NCBI GenBank assembly: GCA_050952625.1
Contig: JBMNLH010000001.1
Coordinates: forward strand, 992,001-1,056,000
DNA: 64,000 bases
DNA from: Bacillota bacterium
GTDB lineage: Bacteria; Bacillota; Ch66; Ch109
Reading direction: 5' to 3'
Of the stretch, positions 41,081 to 49,269 are shown in pieces (position 1 is the stretch's first letter; each line of letters begins with the position of its first letter). The notes under the pieces were generated by a model. The model was not told where the DNA came from. It saw nothing but the letters and a program-made list of their open reading frames with translations, and ran no database searches. The position numbers and the translations under genes are program-made.

Positions 41081-42256
41081 ATGATCCACCAGAAAGCTAA
41101 TAAGAAGCTTATCACGATTACCTGGTTGGTGGTTGCAGTTCTGGCATTTAGTTTATGGACCCCGCCGATTATGGCTGCTGAGGTGCCTCTTGAGGCTGAT
41201 TCAGCCATTCTGATAGAGGCCAGTACCGGACAGGTTTTGTACGATAAGAACAGCCATCAGGCTCAAGCACCGGCTAGTGTGACTAAATTAATGACCCTGG
41301 TAGTCGCCTTTGAGGCCATAGAAAACGGCAAGGGGGAATTATCTGATAAGGTCGTAACCAGTGAGAATGCCTGGCGATTGGGCGGGTCGCAGATTTATTT
41401 GGAACCGGGTGAGGAAATGACCCTTGAAGAGCTCCTGATTGCCATCGCCGTCGGCTCTGCTAATGATGCCTGTGTCGCAGTAGCGGAGCATCTTTTCGGG
41501 ACACACGAGGAATTTGTTGAGGTGATGAACGAGAAGGCCCGGGAATTAGGCTTGAAAAACACTCATTTTGTGAACAGCTATGGTCTGCCGGCAGAAGGGC
41601 ATTATTCCTCTCCGTACGACATGGCTCAGATCAGCCGATATGCGTTGCGCTTCCCGAAGTTATTGGAGATGACCTCTATTAAAGAGTATGATCTGCGGGG
41701 GGGAGAGTTCCATTTATATAATACAAACAAGCTATTATGGTGGTATAAAGGAGCCGATGGGTTTAAAACCGGTTGGACCAATGAAGCTCGTTACTGTCTG
41801 GCCTCTACAGCGGAGAGAGATGGGTTGCGGTTGATCGCGGTGGTTTTTGGTTCACCACAGCGGCACGGAAATTTTCGAGACTGTATGAAGTTATTAAACT
41901 ATGGGTTTGCTCAATATGCCTTTAAAACTGTAGCTGAGGCTGGCCAGACTTGTGGAGTAGTCAATGTCGGTAAAGGAGCAGCCGAAACAGTGGAGGTTGT
42001 TGTCAGTGAGCCGGCCGGGGCACTGATTACCAAAGGACAGGATAAAGGGATAACTTCACGGGTAGAGCTCCCAGAATCAATAACCGCACCGATTAGTCAG
42101 GGTCAAAAACTGGGAGAATTGGTTATCTGCCAGGGAGAAGAGGAGCTATCACGATTTGATTTGCTGGCAAAACAGGATGTCGCCAAAGGTTCCTTGAGCA
42201 GTCAGATCGGTAAAACATTTAACGATATTATTCAGCTTGACAAACGGGTGTTCTAA
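41081..42256 (+). CDS. dacF: D-alanyl-D-alanine carboxypeptidase
   Basis: SxxK (PASVTK), SAND and KTG motifs; immediately upstream of spoIIA. Confidence 0.9.
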   Translation: MIHQKANKKLITITWLVVAVLAFSLWTPPIMAAEVPLEADSAILIEASTGQVLYDKNSHQAQAPASVTKLMTLVVAFEAIENGKGELSDKVVTSENAWRLGGSQIYLEPGEEMTLEELLIAIAVGSANDACVAVAEHLFGTHEEFVEVMNEKARELGLKNTHFVNSYGLPAEGHYSSPYDMAQISRYALRFPKLLEMTSIKEYDLRGGEFHLYNTNKLLWWYKGADGFKTGWTNEARYCLASTAERDGLRLIAVVFGSPQRHGNFRDCMKLLNYGFAQYAFKTVAEAGQTCGVVNVGKGAAETVEVVVSEPAGALITKGQDKGITSRVELPESITAPISQGQKLGELVICQGEEELSRFDLLAKQDVAKGSLSSQIGKTFNDIIQLDKRVF

Positions 42257-42305
42257 AAAACCTATTTTATGGACAATAGAATAATATAATAGGATGATTC
42301 TCAAA

Positions 42306-42404
42306 CTGAAATATCCTAAAGGAATTCACCTCTTTGCGTTGTAGAGTTTATGGTGGGCTTACCTAATATTTCTACATCCATAGGGGTGATTTCCTTTGTT
42401 TCAG
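42306..42404. other. ~100-nt imperfect long hairpin (candidate ncRNA or MITE)
   Basis: AAAGGAATTCACCTCT (42318-33) pairs 15/16 with AGGGGTGATTTCCTTT (42382-97); inner TGTAGAG/TTCTACA; outer CTGAAA/TTTCAG. Confidence 0.55.
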
Positions 42405-42460
42405 GGGCTAGTAAGCAATAAAATCAAGGGTTTTCAGTTATGCAATTTGCTCACTTAAGA

Positions 42461-42529
42461 AAATGACACGTTTTTTATAGCTCGTGTTATTTCATCCGTG
42501 GTCGTGCCTAGCGGGCATGGGCGGTTAAT
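42461..42529 (-). repeat. Dispersed repeat family A, copy 4
   Basis: Reverse complement ATTAACCGCCCATGCCCGCTAGGCACGACCACGGATGAAATAACACG...CGTGTCATTT. Confidence 0.85.
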
Positions 42530-42573
42530 AACAAAAATGTCTAAGAAAGCGACAAGAAAACCTATCTATTTTG

Positions 42574-42602
42574 GAAGGATTTGGCTTATGATTGGCGAAT
42601 AC
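42574..42602 (+). promoter_or_regulatory. SigmaH promoter of the spoIIA operon
   Basis: GAAGGATTT-N12-GCGAATAC; 0A-box-like TGTCTAA and GCGACAA just upstream. Confidence 0.7.
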
Positions 42603-42650
42603 ATTGATAAATAAACAAGTGGCTGACAATAAAAGTGGGGAGGCGGCGGG

Positions 42651-43001
42651 GTGATTCTGGAATTTAGCTCAGCCCGGGAGATCCTCCTGGTCAGGGTCAA
42701 GGGAGAAATGGATATGGCAACCGCTGGACAAATCCGCCAATCCATTGACAATCGTCTTCAACAAGAAAAAATTCGTTACCTGCTACTAGATCTGTCGGGA
42801 GTGACGTTTATTGATAGTTCGGGAATTGGTGTGATTCTTGGGCGTTACCGTAATCTCAACCGTACCGGAGGGAAAACAGCGATTATTAAACCTCAAGTTG
42901 TGGTAAAAAGAGTATTGGAAACTGCCGGGCTCCAAAAGTTAATTCCTATTTGCGAGAATGAGGGAGAATGTCTTAGGTTGCTTACCGGTGCCAATCATTA
43001 A
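42651..43001 (+). CDS. spoIIAA: Anti-sigma F factor antagonist
   Basis: STAS domain; VTFIDSSGIGVILGRY. Confidence 0.95.
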   Translation: MILEFSSAREILLVRVKGEMDMATAGQIRQSIDNRLQQEKIRYLLLDLSGVTFIDSSGIGVILGRYRNLNRTGGKTAIIKPQVVVKRVLETAGLQKLIPICENEGECLRLLTGANH

Positions 43002-43091
43002 AAGATTAAGAAAAAGATTAAGAGAAGTGGGAGTGTTTTGATTAGATAAACTTTTACAGTACTATCTCCGATTAAATAGAAAGGGGTGGAG

Positions 43092-43164
43092 CCCTGGTGT
43101 TAGCGGTCTGAAAGACCACTTTCCTAATAATATGGGGGGCTAACAGGTGAGAAACCAGCCAGGG
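43092..43164 (+). other. Candidate multi-helix cis-RNA occluding the spoIIAB RBS
   Basis: CCCTGG/CCAGGG, TGTTAGC/GCTAACA, GGTCT/AGACC plus two small hairpins. Confidence 0.5.
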
Positions 43165-43173
43165 TGAAAAGCA

Positions 43174-43623
43174 GTGACTTTACACAACCGCATGAAACTT
43201 GAGTTTCTCGGTCTGCCGGAGAACGTTTCTTTTTCTCGGGTGGTTGTGGCCACCTTTGCGTCTCAACTCGGTTTTACCCTGGATGATCTAGAGGAAATCA
43301 AGGTGGCAACCTCTGAAGCGGTATCCAATGCGATAATCCATGGTTACCAGAATCAACCAGGAGGGGTGGTCCGCCTTGAGTCATGTCTTGGGAATGACTG
43401 GTTAGAAATTAAGATTGAGGATGATGGGGTAGGGATTGCTAATATTGAGCAAGCGATGCAGCCCGCCTATACGACTTGCAGTGAGAGAATGGGTTTAGGA
43501 TTCTCTTTTATGCAATCATTTATGGATGAAGTGAAGGTGGAATCGACAGTCAACCGTGGTACGCGCATTACTTTAAGAAAATTAGTTAAAGTTAATAACG
43601 CTCATCTAATGAAAGAACACTAG
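43174..43623 (+). CDS. spoIIAB: Anti-sigma F factor / Ser kinase
   Basis: EIKVATSEAVSNAIIHGY, DDGVGI, ERMGLGF. Confidence 0.95.
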   Translation: MTLHNRMKLEFLGLPENVSFSRVVVATFASQLGFTLDDLEEIKVATSEAVSNAIIHGYQNQPGGVVRLESCLGNDWLEIKIEDDGVGIANIEQAMQPAYTTCSERMGLGFSFMQSFMDEVKVESTVNRGTRITLRKLVKVNNAHLMKEH

Positions 43624-43633
43624 GCGGGGGTGA

Positions 43634-44404
43634 ATGATGAGTACCCGCCTTTCAGAAATGAATCTACCCCGGTTCCCTCGTTTAACCGATGAAGAAGTAT
43701 CTGAATTGCTGCCTCGGGCTCAGGCGGGTGATCGGGAGGCTAGGGAGAAGTTAATAAACTGCAACCTGCGCTTGGTATTTAACATGGTCCAGCGTTTTCA
43801 TCATCGGGGTTATGAGGAGGAAGATTTATTCCAAATTGGGACGATTGGCTTGATTAAGGCCATCGATAAATTTGACACGAGCTTTAATGTCAAGTTTTCT
43901 ACCTATGCTGTTCCCATGATCATCGGTGAAATTCGTCGCTTTTTAAGAGACGATCATTCGGTTAAAGTTGCCCGCTCTTTAAAAGAGATAGCCTTTCGGG
44001 TACCACGAGTTAAGGAAGAATTGATTAAAGCCAAAGGAAGGGAACCGACAATTACCGAAGTGGCTGAGGCTCTTGGATTGCCCAGAGAAGAAGTGGTTGG
44101 TGCTCTGGAAGCTTTACAGCAACCGGCTTCAATTCATGAGACTCTCTACCAGGATGATGGCGATCCAATCTATTTGCTGGATCAGTTAAAAGCGGAGACT
44201 GGACTGGAATCGACGTGGATGGAAAACCTAGCTCTCAAAGAGGTGCTAGCCAAGCTGCCCGAACGGGAGCGAGAAGTTATTCGACTGCGTTTTTTTGAGG
44301 ATAAGACTCAGACTCAGGTCGCCGAGGTCTTAGGCTTATCTCAAGTTCAGATTTCTCGAATTGAACGTCAAGCAATTAATCATATCCGGGAGTTAATGAG
44401 TTAG
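43634..44404 (+). CDS. sigF: RNA polymerase sigma factor F
   Basis: DLFQIGTIGLIKAIDKFD, FSTYAVPMIIGEIRRFLRDD, TQTQVA..LGLSQVQISR; third gene of spoIIA. Confidence 0.95.
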   Translation: MMSTRLSEMNLPRFPRLTDEEVSELLPRAQAGDREAREKLINCNLRLVFNMVQRFHHRGYEEEDLFQIGTIGLIKAIDKFDTSFNVKFSTYAVPMIIGEIRRFLRDDHSVKVARSLKEIAFRVPRVKEELIKAKGREPTITEVAEALGLPREEVVGALEALQQPASIHETLYQDDGDPIYLLDQLKAETGLESTWMENLALKEVLAKLPEREREVIRLRFFEDKTQTQVAEVLGLSQVQISRIERQAINHIRELMS

Positions 44405-44430
44405 ATCTATATTTACATTAACCAGTGAAT

Positions 44431-44456
44431 AACCGGGCATAAAGCTCGGTTTTTTT
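44431..44456 (+). terminator. spoIIA operon terminator
   Basis: AACCGGGC-ataaa-GCTCGGTT followed by a T-run. Confidence 0.85.
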
Positions 44457-44482
44457 GTTATGTCAGCCAATTGACTTGAATT

Positions 44483-44512
44483 GCATACATGCCTGACACC
44501 AGGGAAATACTA
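44483..44512 (+). promoter_or_regulatory. SigmaF/sigmaG promoter upstream of dodecin-spoVA
   Basis: GCATA-N15-GGAAATACTA. Confidence 0.7.
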
Positions 44513-44561
44513 TGAGTCGAGAATAACCAACATTTATTTTAGGTAGTGAAGGAGGTTTATT

Positions 44562-44756
44562 ATGTTTGTAAAAGTAGCGGAATTAGTTGGGGAATCACCA
44601 CATAGTTGGAATGATGCGGTTCAGTCAGCGATAAGAGAAGCATCACGTTCGATCCGTAATATCAGCGGGGTAGAGGTTTACAATTTAACCGCTAATGTTG
44701 ACGGAGGCAAAATAGTTGAATATAAAGCCAATGTGAAGATTGCCTATACAGAATAA
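44562..44756 (+). CDS. Dodecin family flavin-binding protein
   Basis: ELVGESPHSWNDAVQSAIREASRSIRNI..EYKANVKIA; strong RBS. Confidence 0.9.
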   Translation: MFVKVAELVGESPHSWNDAVQSAIREASRSIRNISGVEVYNLTANVDGGKIVEYKANVKIAYTE

Positions 44757-44846
44757 AGGCATATTTAATTCGCTAATTGACTATTGGATATCGGGCACCA
44801 AATAGGTGCCTGTTTAACCTTTTGGCAAGGCAAGGGGGTGTTAGAA

Positions 44847-45428
44847 TTGGCTAACAACTTGAAAGATAAATACAATGCCCTTTTTAACGTCATCCAAAAA
44901 CTAAAGGTGAAGCAGAGTCAAGCCGAACCAGAACTCGCCCAACCGCAAAAGCCTCGATCAATGAATCCAGTAGAGGAACAGGAGTATCAAAAGCAAATTA
45001 ATGAGGAAGCCTACCGGTGGCTGACCGAACAACATAAACCTAAGGCCCCTTGGATGCGCAATACGGTCCTCGCTTTTTTAGTCGGGGGATTGATTTGTAC
45101 CCTGGGACAGATAATCCTTAACTACTTTAAAAGCTTTGGCTTGAGTCTTAAGGAGGCCGGTGCAGCGACCGTCTTTGTGATGGTATTTCTAGGGGCTTTT
45201 TTGACCGGTTTGGGTGTATACGACAAAATTGGCAAGTACGGTGGTGCCGGATCAATTATTCCGATCACGGGGTTTGCTAATTCCATTGTTGCCTCAGCCA
45301 TGGAGTTTAAAAGAGAGGGTTACGTTTACGGATTAGGAGCCCGTCTTTTTACAGTAGCTGGGCCGGTCCTTGTCTTTGGCTTTATTATTTCAGTATTAAT
45401 CGGATTGTTTTACTATTACTTTTCTTGA
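44847..45428 (+). CDS. spoVAC: Stage V sporulation protein AC
   Basis: AFLVGGLIC, GAGSIIPITGFANS, AGPVLV; TTG start after GGGGGTG. Confidence 0.95.
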   Translation: MANNLKDKYNALFNVIQKLKVKQSQAEPELAQPQKPRSMNPVEEQEYQKQINEEAYRWLTEQHKPKAPWMRNTVLAFLVGGLICTLGQIILNYFKSFGLSLKEAGAATVFVMVFLGAFLTGLGVYDKIGKYGGAGSIIPITGFANSIVASAMEFKREGYVYGLGARLFTVAGPVLVFGFIISVLIGLFYYYFS

Positions 45429-45441
45429 AGGGAGGGCTGAA

Positions 45442-46464
45442 ATGCTGCCGCAACCAGTTAAAAAGCTAGGCAAACAGACTCTTCAGTTTGCTCAACCCCC
45501 GGTGATACTCTCTTTTTCGTGTATTGTGGGACCAATGGAAGGAAAAGGTCCTTATGGCAAGGCTTTTGATTATGTCTTGGAAGACACGCTGTTCGGTGAG
45601 AAAACCTGGGAGAAGGCTGAAAGTAAGATGCTGCGAGAAGCGATCAAACTTTCAATGCAAAAAGTAAATCTGGCTCCAGCGGATATTGATTTCATGTTAG
45701 CCGGCGACCTGCTCAATCAAATAGTGGCAGCGAACTTCGCCGCCCGCGAGATTACCATACCCTTTCTTGGTTTATATGGTGCTTGCTCGACCATGGTAGA
45801 AGGTCTTGGGGTAGCTTCTATCCTGATTGACGGTGGGTTTGCCCACCGAGTAGTGGTTGGGGCTTCTAGTCACCACAACACAGCTGAGCGTCAATATCGA
45901 TTTCCCACTGAGCAGGGAGTCCAGCGTCCGTTGTGGGCTCAGTGGACGGTGACCGGGGCCGGCGGTGCCTTGCTGGTTAAGGAGGGCTCCGGGCCGGTAA
46001 TAACCCACCTGACGGTGGGCCAAGTGATTGATCTAGGGGCTAAGGATGCCAATGATATGGGTACTTGTATGGCCCCGGCGGCTGCGGATACAATTATTCG
46101 TCATTTTCAGGATTTAGGGCGGCAGCCGGCCGATTATGATCTAATTATTTCTGGGGACCTAGGTTCCGTAGGCTTGAATATTACCAGGGAACTGCTGGAA
46201 ATAGAGGGATTCGTAGCAGAAAACAATTTTACAGACTGTGGGGTAATGATCTATGCTCCAGAACAAGATACCCATGCTGGAGGGAGTGGGTGCGGTTGCT
46301 CAGCGGCAATGGTTTGCGGTCCCATTCTGAGGCGAATGGCTGAAGGAATTTATCGACGAATCCTAATCGTTGGTACTGGAGCGTTATTAAGTCCCCTTAC
46401 CGTAAATCAAGGTGAAAGTGTTCCAGCAATCGCCCATGCGGTGGTTATTGAGGCTCGGCCTTAA
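45442..46464 (+). CDS. spoVAD: Stage V sporulation protein AD
   Basis: AGDLLNQ, GLYGACST, AERQYRFP, QWTVTG, GGSGCGC. Confidence 0.97.
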   Translation: MLPQPVKKLGKQTLQFAQPPVILSFSCIVGPMEGKGPYGKAFDYVLEDTLFGEKTWEKAESKMLREAIKLSMQKVNLAPADIDFMLAGDLLNQIVAANFAAREITIPFLGLYGACSTMVEGLGVASILIDGGFAHRVVVGASSHHNTAERQYRFPTEQGVQRPLWAQWTVTGAGGALLVKEGSGPVITHLTVGQVIDLGAKDANDMGTCMAPAAADTIIRHFQDLGRQPADYDLIISGDLGSVGLNITRELLEIEGFVAENNFTDCGVMIYAPEQDTHAGGSGCGCSAAMVCGPILRRMAEGIYRRILIVGTGALLSPLTVNQGESVPAIAHAVVIEARP

Positions 46465-46492
46465 ACGCTGATCCTCAGCCATTTCCGTTCTC

Positions 46493-46543
46493 TGATGTAA
46501 ACCGCATAATCACTGACCTTCGTTTAACACGCGGCGCGATCAA
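46493..46543 (-). repeat. Dispersed repeat family B, copy 2
   Basis: Reverse complement TTGATCGCGCCGCGTGTTAAACGAAGGTCAGTGATTA; matches 1831-1866. Confidence 0.7.
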
Positions 46544-46619
46544 GCATGGTCTGATAGTGCGGTCAAGCAGCATGGACGTTTACACTGAAAAACTAAGTGC
46601 TAAGCAGGGGGTATTAATA

Positions 46620-46979
46620 ATGATGTCCTTGGTGGCTGCCTTCGTAGTGGGCGGTGCCTTATGCGCTTTTGGACAATTAATCATGGACCTAACCCGACCG
46701 AGTATTACTCCAGGGCATATTTTAGTCGGTTATGTTACTGTTGGAGCTTTACTAAGTGCGCTTGGTTTATATCAACCTTTGGTTGAATTAGGCGGGGCTG
46801 GAGCAACGATCCCTCTATCCGGCTTCGGCCATAGTCTAGCCCAGGGGACAATTGCTAGTGTGCAGGCGGACGGCTTACTGGGTGCCTTTGGCGGCGGAAT
46901 CCAGGCCACTGCCGTAGGCATTGTGGCTGCCGTAGTTTTTGGCTTTACGATGGCTGTTTTATTTAATCCCAAAGGATAA
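46620..46979 (+). CDS. spoVAEb: Stage V sporulation protein AEb
   Basis: AFVVGGALC, GAGATIPLSGFG, FNPKG terminus. Confidence 0.93.
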   Translation: MMSLVAAFVVGGALCAFGQLIMDLTRPSITPGHILVGYVTVGALLSALGLYQPLVELGGAGATIPLSGFGHSLAQGTIASVQADGLLGAFGGGIQATAVGIVAAVVFGFTMAVLFNPKG

Positions 46980-47050
46980 AAACCGATCAAATTTTTCATG
47001 GTCTGCTAGTGCTGTTAAGCAGCATGGAGACTATATTGGAGGGTTTAAGG

Positions 47051-49213
47051 TTGAGCAACCACAACCGTCCGATACGGGTAATTCTGATCACGGATGGTGA
47101 TGAGACAGCCCGTAAAGCAGTAGAAACAGCGGCAAATAATCTCGGTTTGCGGTGTATTTCTCGTTCTGCCGGTCAGCCCACCCCATTAGAACCTGAGCAA
47201 TTAGTCAAGCTTATTCAGCAGGCAGTGGCCGACCCAGTTGTGGTCATGCTGGATGATGGGGGGAAGCGAGGGGTTGGCCCGGGGGAAAGGGCCTTAAATT
47301 ATTTAATTAAGCACCCGGACATCCAGGTATTAGGGGTACTGGCCGTAGCGGCGAATACGTCTGGAACCCAAGGGACACTGGTTCGTTGTTCAATAGATAA
47401 TCAGAGTCGCCTTATCTCAGGGCCAGTGGATAAAAATGGGCTGCCGGAGAAGACCGGTCATCAATATCTGGAAGGAGACACCGTTGAGATTTTGGCTCAG
47501 CTGGCTGTTGCCAATGTGGTCGGAATTGGTGACCCAGGGAAAATGCATAAACGTGATGATCCAGGGCGGGGGGCACCGGTAACTACCCGGGCACTGTTAG
47601 AAATTCTTAAACCAACGAAACAGGCTGATTCTGCCGGTAAAGGAGGGGTATTTACGGTATCAGAAGCTAATATAAAATTTGGACACCGGTATGAAGATAA
47701 CGTCAGTTTTCTCAAAGAGGAACTGGGCGTAGGAGAAAACTTTGATGCGGTTTGTCGTGAGTTTCGGATTGCCGGTAAGCCGGCAGCTCTTTTCTTCATT
47801 AATGGTTTGGCTAAGGACGGGCCAGCGACCGAGGTAATGAAGCGGTTATTATTGCTGAATCGGGAGGATATCCTGCCCAACACTCTAGATAAACTGCTCG
47901 AAGAGGGCTTGCCGCATTTTCAGGTTCAAGCTGTGGAAACCTTTGATGAGGCCATCGGCAACATCTTGTCTGGTCCCATGGCCTTAGTGGTCGAAGGAAT
48001 ACCGCGAGCGATCATCATTGATGTCCGGCAATATCCAGCTCGACAACCAGAAGAGCCAGACATTGAACGGGTAATCCGGGGTTCACGAGACGGTTTTAGT
48101 GAAACCCTGTTAGTGAATACGGCTTTACTCCGGCGCCGAATTCGTGACCCGAAACTCCGGACCGAAATGATTCAGGTTGGCAAACGGAGTAAATCTGATA
48201 TCTGCCTTTGTTACCTCAAGGATGTCGCTAACCCGGAGCTAGTAGAAATGGTTAAGCACCGTTTAGAAGAGATAAAGATTGACGGGTTACCCATGGCGGA
48301 AAAATCAGTTGAGGAATTGATCACCCCGGGAAGTTATTGGAATCCCTTGCCGCGGGTTCGCTATACGGAGCGACCCGATGTGGCGGCAGTCCATATTTTG
48401 GAAGGTCATGTCGTGGTCATGGTTGACTCTTCACCTAGTGTAATCATTGCTCCAGCTACCTATTTTCACCATCTGCAGCACGCAGAAGAGTACCGGCAAA
48501 GTCCGACTCCGGGAATCTACATTCGCTGGGTGCGTTTTGCCGCGATCCTGACTTCTCTTTTCTTGGGTCCTTTATGGTTGCTGGGTGCTTTACACCCGGA
48601 GATTTTGCCGCCAAGCTTACAGTTTGTTGGACCACAAAAAGTAGGCCCAATCCCTTTATTAATCCAGTTTTTAATCGCTGAAGGGGCGATTGATATGATG
48701 CGCATGGCCGCAATCCATACTCCAACACCTTTAGGAACCGCCTTAGGAATCATTGCCGCGGTACTGGTAGGGGAAGTAGCAGTTGAAATGGGTCTGCTGA
48801 CTAATGAAGTTATTCTTTATACCGCGATTGCTGCAGTAGGTACTTTTGCGACGCCCAGCTTTGAGGTAGCGATGGCCAATCGTTTGATCCGCTTGTTTCT
48901 GATGTTAATGGTCGGTTTCTTTGGCGTAACTGGTTGGTGGGTAGGCCTAACGGTATCCTTTATCCTTCTTGCCTCTACACGTAGTTTCGGAATACCTTAT
49001 TTGTGGCCCCTTGTTCCCTTCAACTGGCAGGGGTTAAGAACAATTTTGGTCCGATCGCCGGTGCCAATTCAAAATGTCCGGCCTAGTATTCTAAGAACCT
49101 TAGATCCGGTTCGGCAAACACCAGTAGCGGCCCGCAAACCCAGAATCCATCAGGTTAAACCGGATAAAGATAAAAGTCCGGCTTCAAAGTCAGGTCGGAG
49201 AACAAAAGAATAG
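47051..49213 (+). CDS. spoVAF: SpoVAEa-SpoVAF (GerA family) fusion protein
   Basis: N-terminal ~200 aa VILITDGD..RCISRSAG..PTP (SpoVAEa); C-terminal RGSRDGF, RRRIRDP, RYTERPD and TM region (SpoVAF); no stop between them. Confidence 0.88.
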   Translation: MSNHNRPIRVILITDGDETARKAVETAANNLGLRCISRSAGQPTPLEPEQLVKLIQQAVADPVVVMLDDGGKRGVGPGERALNYLIKHPDIQVLGVLAVAANTSGTQGTLVRCSIDNQSRLISGPVDKNGLPEKTGHQYLEGDTVEILAQLAVANVVGIGDPGKMHKRDDPGRGAPVTTRALLEILKPTKQADSAGKGGVFTVSEANIKFGHRYEDNVSFLKEELGVGENFDAVCREFRIAGKPAALFFINGLAKDGPATEVMKRLLLLNREDILPNTLDKLLEEGLPHFQVQAVETFDEAIGNILSGPMALVVEGIPRAIIIDVRQYPARQPEEPDIERVIRGSRDGFSETLLVNTALLRRRIRDPKLRTEMIQVGKRSKSDICLCYLKDVANPELVEMVKHRLEEIKIDGLPMAEKSVEELITPGSYWNPLPRVRYTERPDVAAVHILEGHVVVMVDSSPSVIIAPATYFHHLQHAEEYRQSPTPGIYIRWVRFAAILTSLFLGPLWLLGALHPEILPPSLQFVGPQKVGPIPLLIQFLIAEGAIDMMRMAAIHTPTPLGTALGIIAAVLVGEVAVEMGLLTNEVILYTAIAAVGTFATPSFEVAMANRLIRLFLMLMVGFFGVTGWWVGLTVSFILLASTRSFGIPYLWPLVPFNWQGLRTILVRSPVPIQNVRPSILRTLDPVRQTPVAARKPRIHQVKPDKDKSPASKSGRRTKE

Positions 49214-49269
49214 ATGGGTAAAATTGTGTTAATAATACCAAAGAATAGATATTTTAACGCAAGGGGTGT

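Noticed and set aside
43105-43156. Hammerhead ribozyme in the spoIIAA-AB spacer
   Set aside because: CTGAAAG does not match CUGANGA and lies within a hairpin; the topology does not fit.
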